Positions 37,401-45,546 of a stretch of 64,000 bases of DNA are shown in pieces. The number at the start of each line of letters is the position of its first letter. Position 1 is the stretch's first letter. The notes under the pieces are model-generated. The model had not been told where the DNA came from. It did no database searches and was given only the letters and a program-made list of their open reading frames with translations. Position numbers and translations under genes: made by a program. This stretch comes from an uncultured Gammaproteobacteria bacterium (GTDB taxonomy: Bacteria > Patescibacteriota > Patescibacteriia > CAIXNZ01): contig CAZPVP010000003.1 in assembly GCA_964590345.1 (NCBI GenBank), forward strand, positions 3,634-67,633, in the 5' to 3' direction.

Positions 37401-37906
37401 ATCCTTTAAGCGTATGGAATGAGGCTTCTTATACTTCTGGCTCTGATACCGTTTATAACTTAATAAGTTTTATGTATCAGGCTGGTCAGTCATCATTTGG
37501 CAATTTAATCTGGGACAGTACAAATTCGCAGTTTGTTTTTGACCAAAGCATAAAAACCAATGGAGATTTAACTGCTGATTATATAAAAACAGTGGGGAGT
37601 GATACAAGCGATAATGAATTTTTAGCCCATGATGTTATCAGGCATACGCTTACTTCAACCGATATAACTAACAGGTATTTTACAGAAGCCTGGAGCAAGG
37701 CAACCACCAAAAAAGTTGTTAATATTCATACAGTTACTGTTGACGAAAGTGATGCCAATGATAAGCTGACTACAGATGATTGGACAAATTCTGGCGCAAC
37801 TGACAATGGTTCGGCTTATGACGGAACTAATATTACAATTACGGATCAAAACAATGCCTGGGAAGAAAACGATATTGTTACTATTTATATTGTTTATGAA
37901 AAATAA
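34430..37906 (+). CDS. 1158-aa N-terminally membrane-anchored protein with three LamG/concanavalin-A-like lectin domains
   Basis: N-terminal TM FLVALVIGIQLALLISYCYSIY. Three repeats of the LamG pattern (DGxDQYVSV..FTVSGWIK..YIGK..GKIDDLKLYNRELSADEI, with similar blocks at about aa 500-690 and 750-930). Confidence 0.6.
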   Translation: MFFKFKKLKKLIKFYYSKLGKPLKIFLVALVIGIQLALLISYCYSIYKNKIFAGEGIRDTLTYQGKITNADGVPPPDGQYNMRFKIYDQATNGTLLWTEIWDSTNQGVAGSKVTVTEGVFNVELNSLCGNWVGDCASNGGVTFAQDSFYLQVELDYDGNGTYEEIFTPRKRFTATPYSMNTDKLDGYDSGDFVLKSGSEMTGSLTAPQFIDSSLLAYYQFNGDADDSSANTLDGILQNSADVSNDVLELDGVDQYVSVSDDDLLSFGNGTVDSAFTVSGWIKMTDATNFNIISKGIYNTDGEYLFYIDNTDKIRIRLNDESVTDCYIGRLYDTALTDYEGSWINLAATYDGSGASSGLKIYLNGNQVDNANNESNYSSYVAMENLTSNLYIGKYASTYSKGKIDDLKLYNRELSADEIKRLFESEARSQLHSNKITTKDVYFEKNEEGETEGGYLTWDNINNRFKFSSELYSPNSLPYFNNSIGDRDYAYLADDNKVLAYDFHESVGATVSDLEGNSNGTLNGDADWTNLGYIGYGLKFDDDSDYISFADPGLSSTQGTVEMWVKLNDVTTSDTNYLLRMWSGASNEIAIYKQNAADLYVEAGDSSAIDTGWDFPDTSWHHIVLSWDSTAIDVYVDSVDLSLTDTYTSLDVSLFSNFYLGSDSAASTALNGIMDSVALYDDVLTATEIANHYNAAFNNLYLINNLNDGNISATLADFYSFSATVNGRREKKDPVYYNDDTRTLALGFSEGYGSSTASQVNSLSAGINGASWTRQGYYGYGLEFDGSDDYLLVEDNDYIDIDTEDFSIEFWVKGDDNISQSGNRILEKVSGSTGFRVYYTTDDRITFAIGDGTNSVAGSPSSGGDMSKGQWEHMILTFDRDGDATIYNDGNEVYSVDISSVTGSLSNDSDLYIGKDASGNLFKGKLDSIIIYKNQLLNSFDGYSRSTNSQEFFINNTRTASTGQAALGGINQSSGGWGGVFYIANTDNTSGYPLSVWNEASYTSGSDTVYNLISFMYQAGQSSFGNLIWDSTNSQFVFDQSIKTNGDLTADYIKTVGSDTSDNEFLAHDVIRHTLTSTDITNRYFTEAWSKATTKKVVNIHTVTVDESDANDKLTTDDWTNSGATDNGSAYDGTNITITDQNNAWEENDIVTIYIVYEK

Positions 37907-38020
37907 TGCTCTACGAATTACTAATATACACTGATATACGAATATTTAATAATTCCGAAAGCCGAATGCCGAAATATTTTATTTCAGCTTTCAGCGTTCA
38001 GACTTCATAATTCAAATATT

Positions 38021-38254
38021 ATGCGTAAAAAAGATAAACCGCAAATCAGCTGGCTGCAGGTAATTATCATTTTTATCCTGGGGATTTTAATTGCCACAAA
38101 TATTTTTTTGTATTTAAATTTGCAATCAGAAAAAGAGCAAATCAATAAATTGAGTTCTGAAATTGAAAAATTAAAGGCAGATGATTTGGCTATTGCTCAG
38201 GTAATAAACAACCTGATTACCCAGTTAAAATTAAATGTCAATAAATTGCCATAG
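38021..38254 (+). CDS. small single-pass membrane protein with coiled coil (FtsB/FtsL/DivIC-like?)
   Basis: N-terminal TM followed by a heptad-like Leu-rich segment. Tentative. Confidence 0.35.
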   Translation: MRKKDKPQISWLQVIIIFILGILIATNIFLYLNLQSEKEQINKLSSEIEKLKADDLAIAQVINNLITQLKLNVNKLP

Positions 38255-38267
38255 TTAAATTTGAATC

Positions 38268-38576
38268 TTGAGCCTTAATTTATTTATGCAGCATATAAAA
38301 TCAATTTTAAATAAATATATACAAAAATCAGGGCTGTCAAAAGATATTGAGACAGCTCTTGTTATTAAAGAGTTTGAAAAATTGCTTGAAAAAGAATTTG
38401 GCACTAATATTGGCAAAAAAGCCAAGCCGCTTTATATTAAAAATAAAATTTTAACAGTCGCCTGCTTAAGTTCGGTAATGGTTCAGGAAATAAATTTTAA
38501 AAAAGATACATTAATTAATAAAATTAATCAAAATTTAAAAAAAGAAGCGCTTAAAGACATTAAATTTACGCTTTGA
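38268..38576 (+). CDS. DUF721/DciA-like protein
   Basis: Pattern LVIKEFEKLLEKEFG...LYIKNKILTVACLSSVMVQEINFKK resembles DUF721 (DciA) family proteins. Confidence 0.4.
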   Translation: MSLNLFMQHIKSILNKYIQKSGLSKDIETALVIKEFEKLLEKEFGTNIGKKAKPLYIKNKILTVACLSSVMVQEINFKKDTLINKINQNLKKEALKDIKFTL

Positions 38577-38736
38577 ATCAAGTTTGCCAAAATCAAATAA
38601 ATTTGCTAAAATTAAGTATAATACGAAATACGAATCTATACGAATATACGAATATCTTTAAAGTTTGAAGATCCTAGGCTAAGATTGCTAAGGTCAATAT
38701 TTAATATCTAATATCTAATATCTAATCTCTAATCCT

Positions 38737-39129
38737 ATGTCTTTACGCAGCTATATTTTTTTAATGCTTTTGTCAACTACTGCCTGTTATTTGGCTTTTT
38801 TCGCGGTCATTTATTTTTTTGATCCTTTTACGGGCGGATTTTGGGCTTTAGTATTTTTTGATATAAGTTTATTTTTATCATTAATGGGCACTTTCTCTAT
38901 TTTGGGATTATTGTTTCGATTATTGCTGGCCAAAGACAAATTGGTTTTTAAGCAGGTAATAACTTCTTTTCGCCAGGCCGTTTGGTTTGCTTTGTTAATA
39001 ATCATAAGTTTACACTTGAAAAACCTTGATTTACTGGCCTGGAAAAATATTATTTTATTAATTTTTGCTTTTGCTTTATTGGAGTTTTTTTTCATGAGTT
39101 ATAGAGCTAAGCCAAATTTAAAAATATGA
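38737..39129 (+). CDS. integral membrane protein (4 TM), function unknown
   Basis: Hydrophobicity pattern only. Confidence 0.45.
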   Translation: MSLRSYIFLMLLSTTACYLAFFAVIYFFDPFTGGFWALVFFDISLFLSLMGTFSILGLLFRLLLAKDKLVFKQVITSFRQAVWFALLIIISLHLKNLDLLAWKNIILLIFAFALLEFFFMSYRAKPNLKI

Positions 39130-40385
39130 GACAATCATTTTTATTTACAAAAACCAGGCGAAAAGTCGGCGCAAAAGAAAAGAGCTTAAATGCTTCTTTA
39201 TTAATTAAGGCTGGATTTATTGACAAATTATCAGCCGGAGTATATACTTATTTGCCTTTGGGGTTGCGGGTTTTAAGAAAAATTGAAGACATTGTCAGGC
39301 AGGAAATGAATAATATCGGAGGCCAGGAAATTTTAATGCCGGCTATGACCTCAAAAGAGAATTGGGAATTGACCAAGCGCTGGGAAGGTTTTGATGCTTT
39401 GTTTAAATTTAAGGGATACGATGAGAAAGAATATGCTTTAGGAGCAACTCACGAAGAGGTGGTTACGCCTTTGCTTAAAAAATTTGTTTTTTCATATAAA
39501 GATTTGCCAAAGTATGTTTACCAAATCCAAACCAAATTTAGAAATGAGCCAAGAGCTAAAGCCGGTTTATTGCGAGGTCGCGAATTTTCAATGAAAGATT
39601 TGTATTCATTCCATGCCGATGAAAAAGATTTAGCCGACTATTACGAAAAAGTAATTGCCGCTTATTTTAAAATATTTGAAAGATTTGGCTTGAAAAAAAA
39701 CACATATTTAACTTATGCTTCAGGCGGAGCATTTTCAAAATATTCTCATGAATTCCAAACTTTATCTGAAAATGGCGAAGATGTTATTTATCTTTGTCCG
39801 GAATGCAATTTGGCTTATAATAAAGAAATTATTAATGAAATTAAAGAATGTCAGGAATGCCAAACGCCTAAAGCCAAATTTAAGGAAGTCAAAGCAATTG
39901 AAACCGGTAATATTTTTAAGCTTGGCAATCGTTTTTCAGCTGATTTTGACTTCAAATATATTGATGAAAAAGGACGGGAAAAAGACGTTATTATGGGTTG
40001 TTATGGCATTGGTCCCAGCCGGATTATGGGTACAATTGTTGAAGTTTATAATGATAAAAAAGGAATAATTTGGCCTTTTTCCGTTGCTCCTTATCAGCTT
40101 CACTTGGTATTTTTGGGACAGCATGAGCAACTTGCAAAAAAAGCCGACTTGTTATACAATGATTTAATCAAAGCTGGTTACGAGGTTTTGTATGATGATA
40201 GAAATGAATCAGCCGGCGTAAAGTTGAATGACGCTGATTTGATTGGTTTGCCATTTAGGATAGTTTTAAGCGAGAAAACATCAAAACAAGATAGTGTGGA
40301 GGTAAAAGCAAGAGATTTTGAAAAACCGGAATTAGTAAAAACTAAAAATTTAAATAATTATTTAAGTACAAATCTGAAATTATAG
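39126..40385 (+). CDS. proS: prolyl-tRNA synthetase (short form with a Zn-binding CxxC..CxxC insertion)
   Basis: N-terminus closely parallels ProRS (LLIKAGFIDKLSAGVYTYLPLGLRVLRKIEDIVRQEMNNIGGQEILMPAM). Class II motifs. CPECN..CQEC. Confidence 0.85.
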   Translation: MRQSFLFTKTRRKVGAKEKSLNASLLIKAGFIDKLSAGVYTYLPLGLRVLRKIEDIVRQEMNNIGGQEILMPAMTSKENWELTKRWEGFDALFKFKGYDEKEYALGATHEEVVTPLLKKFVFSYKDLPKYVYQIQTKFRNEPRAKAGLLRGREFSMKDLYSFHADEKDLADYYEKVIAAYFKIFERFGLKKNTYLTYASGGAFSKYSHEFQTLSENGEDVIYLCPECNLAYNKEIINEIKECQECQTPKAKFKEVKAIETGNIFKLGNRFSADFDFKYIDEKGREKDVIMGCYGIGPSRIMGTIVEVYNDKKGIIWPFSVAPYQLHLVFLGQHEQLAKKADLLYNDLIKAGYEVLYDDRNESAGVKLNDADLIGLPFRIVLSEKTSKQDSVEVKARDFEKPELVKTKNLNNYLSTNLKL

Positions 40386-40443
40386 AATTGTGAAAATAGC
40401 GGATTTGTATTAGCATTTAAATTTCTAAATTAGCATTACCACA

Positions 40444-41496
40444 ATGATTTTTGACCGAATATTAGGCAGATTTTCCAAAGATATTGGCATTGACCTGGGC
40501 ACTGCCAATACTTTAGTTTATGTTAAAGATAGAGGCATTGTTATAAATGACCCCTCTGTTGTGGCTATTAATACTAAAACTGATCAAATTTTGGCGGTTG
40601 GCGCTGATGCCAGAAAAATGGTAGGAAAAACGCCGGGCCACATTACAGCGATCAGGCCATTGGTTGATGGTGTGATTTCTGATTTTGAAGTGACAGAGAA
40701 AATGCTGAAATATTTTATTGATAAGATACATAAAGATGGTTTTAATCTTTTACCGCGGCCGCGTGTAGTAATCGGCATACCTTTGGATGTGACAGAAGTA
40801 GAAAGAAAAGCTGTTGAGGACGCTGCTTTGTCAGCTGGAGCCAGAGAAGTCTATTTAGTGGAAGAGTCAATGGCAGCAGCAATCGGCTGCCGTTTGCCAA
40901 TTGAGGAAGCAGTTGGTAATATGGTCGTGGACATTGGTGGCGGTACAAGTGAAATTTCGGTTATCTCTTTGGGGGGTATTGTTACTTGGAAAACCATTAA
41001 AGTAGCTGGTGATGAGATGAACAAAAATATTATTCAATATGCCCGAGCTAAATTTAATTTGCTTTTAGGCGAAAAAGTGGCAGAGGAAATTAAAATAAAA
41101 ATCGGTTCAGCAACTGAATTAAAGCAGCCATTGGAAGCTCAGATGCGGGGACGTGATTTGGTAACAGGCTTGCCCAAAGAGATAATTGTTAATGACGAGC
41201 AGATCAGAGAAGCATTGACTAAATCAGTCAGGGGCATAGTTGATAATATTAAGGCGACCTTGGAAGTAACGCCACCAGAGTTAGTTGCTGACATTTATGA
41301 AAGAGGCATCCTGTTGACCGGGGGCGGTGCGCTGTTAAAAGGACTGGATAAGGCTATCTCTCGCGCTACTCAGATACCAATTGCTGTTGCTGATGATCCG
41401 CTTACAGCAGTTGTTAGAGGCACCGGTTATTTATTGGATGATCTCGATTTATTGAAAAAAATCACTTCATCAACTCAGTCTGAAGAAAGTTTATAA
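40444..41496 (+). CDS. mreB: rod-shape-determining protein MreB
   Basis: DIGIDLGTANTLVYV, actin-fold phosphate motifs (DIGGGTSE). Confidence 0.95.
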   Translation: MIFDRILGRFSKDIGIDLGTANTLVYVKDRGIVINDPSVVAINTKTDQILAVGADARKMVGKTPGHITAIRPLVDGVISDFEVTEKMLKYFIDKIHKDGFNLLPRPRVVIGIPLDVTEVERKAVEDAALSAGAREVYLVEESMAAAIGCRLPIEEAVGNMVVDIGGGTSEISVISLGGIVTWKTIKVAGDEMNKNIIQYARAKFNLLLGEKVAEEIKIKIGSATELKQPLEAQMRGRDLVTGLPKEIIVNDEQIREALTKSVRGIVDNIKATLEVTPPELVADIYERGILLTGGGALLKGLDKAISRATQIPIAVADDPLTAVVRGTGYLLDDLDLLKKITSSTQSEESL

Positions 41497-41498
41497 TT

Positions 41499-42317
41499 AT
41501 GATAGAAAAAAAGAAAAGTCGCATAACTAGATTTGTTATTTTAGCAGTTATTACACTGCTTATTTTTTTCTATTACTTAGGCTTTTTAGCAAAGGCTGAA
41601 GATAGTTTTTTGAATAGCCTTTCTTTTGTTCAAAACAAAGTTTACACTTTTTTGACTAAATTAAAATATTCTTTTGTTAATTATCAGGAAGCCCAGGCTT
41701 TAAAAAAGGAAAACATTGAGTTGGAGCACCAGCTTAACCAGTTGCTTTATGAACGCAGTGAATTGATTTCATATAAAGATGAAAATGAAAAATTAAGAAA
41801 ACTTTTAAATTTTTTTAAAGAAAAGGACTTTGATTATGTTTTAGCAAAAGTTGTCGGTAGGGATTTAAATAGACCGAATACTTTAATTATTAATAAAGGT
41901 AAGCGAGACGGGGTTAAAGAAGGCTATGCCGTAGTTGTTGACGAGGGTGTTATTATTGGTAAAGTAATTGAAGCAAAAGATAATATTTCTACGATTTTAT
42001 TTTTGACTGATCAATTAAGTCAGCTAGCAGTAAGTACACTTGAGACGCACACGACAACTGGTTTAGCTCAAGGAGAATTTGGTTTAAGTATTAAGGTTGA
42101 ATTAATTCCTCAGGATATTGAAATTAAGCAAAATGATTTAATTGTTACTTCCGGTTTGGAGCAAGATATCCCCAGAGGTTTTATTATTGGCAAGGTTAAT
42201 CGAATTACTAGCCATGAAAATGATTTATTTAAGTCAGTTACTATCAATCCGTTGGTTGATTATGATGAAATAACCGTGTTAAGTATTATAAAACCTAAAG
42301 ATTATAACAATGATTAA
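41499..42317 (+). CDS. mreC: rod-shape-determining protein MreC
   Basis: Position after mreB, N-terminal TM, coiled coil, and an MreC-type beta-barrel region (VVDEGVIIGKVIE). Confidence 0.8.
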   Translation: MIEKKKSRITRFVILAVITLLIFFYYLGFLAKAEDSFLNSLSFVQNKVYTFLTKLKYSFVNYQEAQALKKENIELEHQLNQLLYERSELISYKDENEKLRKLLNFFKEKDFDYVLAKVVGRDLNRPNTLIINKGKRDGVKEGYAVVVDEGVIIGKVIEAKDNISTILFLTDQLSQLAVSTLETHTTTGLAQGEFGLSIKVELIPQDIEIKQNDLIVTSGLEQDIPRGFIIGKVNRITSHENDLFKSVTINPLVDYDEITVLSIIKPKDYNND

Positions 42318-42834
42318 ATATTTTTATTATTTATTAATTTCTTTGGTTTTAGTTTTGTTTCAGCAAAGCGTTTTAGGCTCATTTGGCGCTTTGGTTAATC
42401 TTAATTTTTTATTGGTTTTTTTTGTTTTTTTAACTATAGTTTTTGGTTTTAATTTAGGATTCGCTTTTGCTGTTTTTATCGGTTTTTTCTTGGACATTTA
42501 TTTTTATTTGCCTTTTGGCACATTTATTATTATTTATTTATTAATTTTGACGGTTGTTAATGCTTTATATAAGCATGTACTGATTAATTTTTCTTTATAT
42601 ACTAATTTAATTTTAATTAGTCTAGCGACCATATTATACGGCTTATTGCTTGTTTTATTTAATTTTGTATTTTATTTGTTGGGTTTGGTTAAAATTTACA
42701 TTGTTTTTGATTTAATTTATATATTTAATTTAATTTGGCAGATATTTTTCAATTCAATTTTGATGATTTTATTTTATTTTGTTGCCAAAGTTACTATTAA
42801 AAAATTAAATTTAGTCTTTTTGTTTAAAAAATGA
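42310..42834 (+). CDS. mreD: MreD-like polytopic membrane protein
   Basis: Position between mreC and the pbp2 gene. Highly hydrophobic. Confidence 0.6.
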   Translation: MIKYFYYLLISLVLVLFQQSVLGSFGALVNLNFLLVFFVFLTIVFGFNLGFAFAVFIGFFLDIYFYLPFGTFIIIYLLILTVVNALYKHVLINFSLYTNLILISLATILYGLLLVLFNFVFYLLGLVKIYIVFDLIYIFNLIWQIFFNSILMILFYFVAKVTIKKLNLVFLFKK

Positions 42835-44762
42835 AACTGCTTCAAATTAAAAGAAATTATAAAAAAGCACAAGAAATTGATGAGGATTTTTTTTGTGAAG
42901 ATAACTTCAATGGTACAGATACCGATTGTCTAGATGAAAATAAATTTTTAGGCAAACATTTATCAGAAAAAAAAATAAATGTTTTTCTTTTTTTAATTTT
43001 AGCAGGGCTTTTAATTTTGTTAGGCCGCTCTTTTTATTTGCAGATAGTTAAGGGTGAATATTATAGCCAATTAGCTGAAATAAACCGAACTAGAGAAAAG
43101 CCAATTATTGCTCCGCGAGGTTTAATTTATGATAAAAATAATCAGCCTTTGGTTAAAAATGTTCCTATTTTTGATGCTTTTATCATGCCTCGAGATTTGT
43201 CTTTAGACAAGCAAAAAAGAGAGAAGCAACTCAAATCAATTGCTGAAATTATTAATAAGTCTGAAAATGAGATTAAAAATATTTTGGAAAAATATCCCGA
43301 TAACTTTAAATACTTTTTGGCTGTCAGGGAAAAAATACCTTATGATGAAGCTGTTTTATTAAAAATCGAGGCTAAACAAATACCAGGTTTGTATATTGAA
43401 ACTAGAAATCAGCGGGAGTATCTTTATCCTTTTGAATTTTCTCATCTTTTAGGTTATTTAGGGAAAATTACCGAAAAGGAATTAGCTAAAAAAAAAGATT
43501 CAGACTACTTGTTAAACGATTATATTGGTAAAATTGGTTTGGAATTAACTTATGAAAGCGAGTTGCGAGGCAAGTATGGCAAAGAAAGGTTAGAGGTGGA
43601 TGTTAGAGGTCAGGAAAAGCAAGTAATTTATTATGAAGAAGCAAAAAGCGGGAAAAATTTAACCTTGACTATTGATAAAGATGTTCAGCGGCAGGTTAAA
43701 CAAATTCTAGAGAAAAATTTAGAAAAATATAATAAAAGCCGAGCCAGTGTGGTGATGATAAATCCGCAGAATGGTGAAATTATTGCCTTGGTTAGCTTGC
43801 CGGATTTTAATAATAATTTATTTGCTAAGGGAATCGCCAGTCGAGATTATCAGCAGTTAATTGAAAATGAAGATAATCCTTTATTTAACCGCACCATTAA
43901 AGGTGAGTATCCGTCTGGTTCAGTAATTAAGCCAGTTGTGGCAGCTGGTGCACTAGAAGAGGATATTATTACTGATAAAACGACTTTTTTAAGTAAAGGT
44001 GGTTTATGGCTTTATGACCGGTGGTTTTTCCCTGATTGGGCTGCTGGTGGCCATGGTTTGACCAATGTTTATAAGGCAATTGCTTGGTCAGTCAATACTT
44101 ATTTTTATATTATTGGCGGGGGATATGAAGATTTTGAAGGCCTAGGCATTGATGGTTTGAAAAAATACATGAAACTTTTTGGCTTAGGCAAAAAGACTGC
44201 TATTGATTTGCCTAGTGAGGCAGATGGTTTAGTACCTGATCCGGCTTGGAAAATGAAAAACAAAAATGAAGAATGGTATATTGGTGATACTTATCATTTG
44301 GCAATCGGACAGGGCGATATCCTGGTAACGCCTTTGCAAGTGGCAAATTATACAACGGTTTTTGCCAATAGCGGTAAGCTTTATCAGCCCCATTTGGTTA
44401 AGGAAGTTTTTACCAATCAAGGAGAAAGAGAATCGGTTAACCCCGAAATGATTAGGGATAATTTTATTGACATGGAAAATATCAATATTGTTAAGAAAGC
44501 AATGAGGCAGACGGTTACTTCGGGCAGTGCTCAGTATTTAAATAATTTAAATGTGTCAGTAAGCGGCAAAACCGGAACAGCGCAATGGCGTAAAGATAAA
44601 GATAATCACGCTTGGTTTACTGGTTTTGCGCCTTATGATAATCCGCAAGTTGTTATCACAGTTTTGGTTGAAGAAGGGGGAGAGGGGAGTCAGGTCAGTG
44701 TGCCAATTACTTATGATATTTTAAATTGGTATTTTAATGAATACTCACGAAATTACGAATAA
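42831..44762 (+). CDS. mrdA: penicillin-binding protein 2 (class B transpeptidase)
   Basis: SGSVIKP (SxxK), SVN, KTGTA motifs. N-terminal TM. Operon context. Confidence 0.9.
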   Translation: MKLLQIKRNYKKAQEIDEDFFCEDNFNGTDTDCLDENKFLGKHLSEKKINVFLFLILAGLLILLGRSFYLQIVKGEYYSQLAEINRTREKPIIAPRGLIYDKNNQPLVKNVPIFDAFIMPRDLSLDKQKREKQLKSIAEIINKSENEIKNILEKYPDNFKYFLAVREKIPYDEAVLLKIEAKQIPGLYIETRNQREYLYPFEFSHLLGYLGKITEKELAKKKDSDYLLNDYIGKIGLELTYESELRGKYGKERLEVDVRGQEKQVIYYEEAKSGKNLTLTIDKDVQRQVKQILEKNLEKYNKSRASVVMINPQNGEIIALVSLPDFNNNLFAKGIASRDYQQLIENEDNPLFNRTIKGEYPSGSVIKPVVAAGALEEDIITDKTTFLSKGGLWLYDRWFFPDWAAGGHGLTNVYKAIAWSVNTYFYIIGGGYEDFEGLGIDGLKKYMKLFGLGKKTAIDLPSEADGLVPDPAWKMKNKNEEWYIGDTYHLAIGQGDILVTPLQVANYTTVFANSGKLYQPHLVKEVFTNQGERESVNPEMIRDNFIDMENINIVKKAMRQTVTSGSAQYLNNLNVSVSGKTGTAQWRKDKDNHAWFTGFAPYDNPQVVITVLVEEGGEGSQVSVPITYDILNWYFNEYSRNYE

Positions 44763-44928
44763 GGTACGAATATACGAATTGTTGCGATATTTTAATATTT
44801 TTATATTAGTATAAGATTTGTATTTCGTAGTATGTGGATAAAGACTTGACGAGATTTTTAAGCTTTGTTATTTTATATATTATATATGTTAAAATAATAA
44901 AATTTAAACAAGTATTAACATATAATTT

Positions 44929-45393
44929 ATGAGTGATGAAAAATATTTAACTAAAGAAGGTTTAGAAAAAATAAAGCAAGAATTAGAATATTTAAAAAAT
45001 GTTAAAAGAAAAGAAATTAGTCATAGGATCGAAGAAGCAATAAAATTAGGCGATTTATCTGAAAATGCTGAATACCACGAAGCCAAAGATGATCAGGGTC
45101 TGAATGAAGCCCGAATAAGAGAATTGGAAGAGATTATCAATAAGGCTGTTATTATCAAAAATGATAAAAGCAACAAAAAATGCGTTGAAGTTGGCGGTAC
45201 GATTGAAGTAAAATTTAATGGCAATAAAAAGGAATTTACTATTGTCGGACCTTCTGAAGCAGAGCCAAGCCATGGCCTTATTTCTAATGAATCACCGATT
45301 GGCAAAGCTTTTATTGGCAAAAAGCCTGGTGATGAAGTTGATGTAGAAACACCGGCTGGGGTTGTTAAATATAAAATTTTAAAGATATCGTAA
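44929..45393 (+). CDS. greA: transcription elongation factor GreA
   Basis: N-terminal coiled coil YLTKEGLEKIKQELEYL and C-terminal FKBP-like domain, typical GreA. Confidence 0.9.
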   Translation: MSDEKYLTKEGLEKIKQELEYLKNVKRKEISHRIEEAIKLGDLSENAEYHEAKDDQGLNEARIRELEEIINKAVIIKNDKSNKKCVEVGGTIEVKFNGNKKEFTIVGPSEAEPSHGLISNESPIGKAFIGKKPGDEVDVETPAGVVKYKILKIS

Positions 45394-45409
45394 TTTTTGC
45401 AACAGTTTT

Positions 45410-45442
45410 AAAAGTCCGTGTTTTGTAAACACGGGCTTTTGA
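45410..45442 (+). terminator. intrinsic terminator CCGTGTTTtgtAAACACGG followed by a T-run, with a TTGACT-17-TAAAAT promoter for lysS after it
   Basis: Read directly. Confidence 0.6.
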
Positions 45443-45546
45443 CTTATTGGCCTAATTTAGGTAAAATATAATAAAAGGCATTAGTAATTGGGCATTGGCC
45501 ATTCATTTTAAATTTTATTTTTAATAATATTTAATTTTTTTATAAC

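Noticed and set aside
21082-37906. Considered that the shared C-terminal module is a WxL cell-wall-binding domain (by analogy with Firmicute csc/WxL-DUF916 loci) or a sortase-anchored pilin
   Set aside because: No W-x-L motifs, and no LPxTG-like sorting signal or pilin-motif lysine context at the C-termini. The terminal alternating-hydrophobic strand fits CU-pilin/SCPU-type domains better. Locus-level analogy to csc clusters is still noted.
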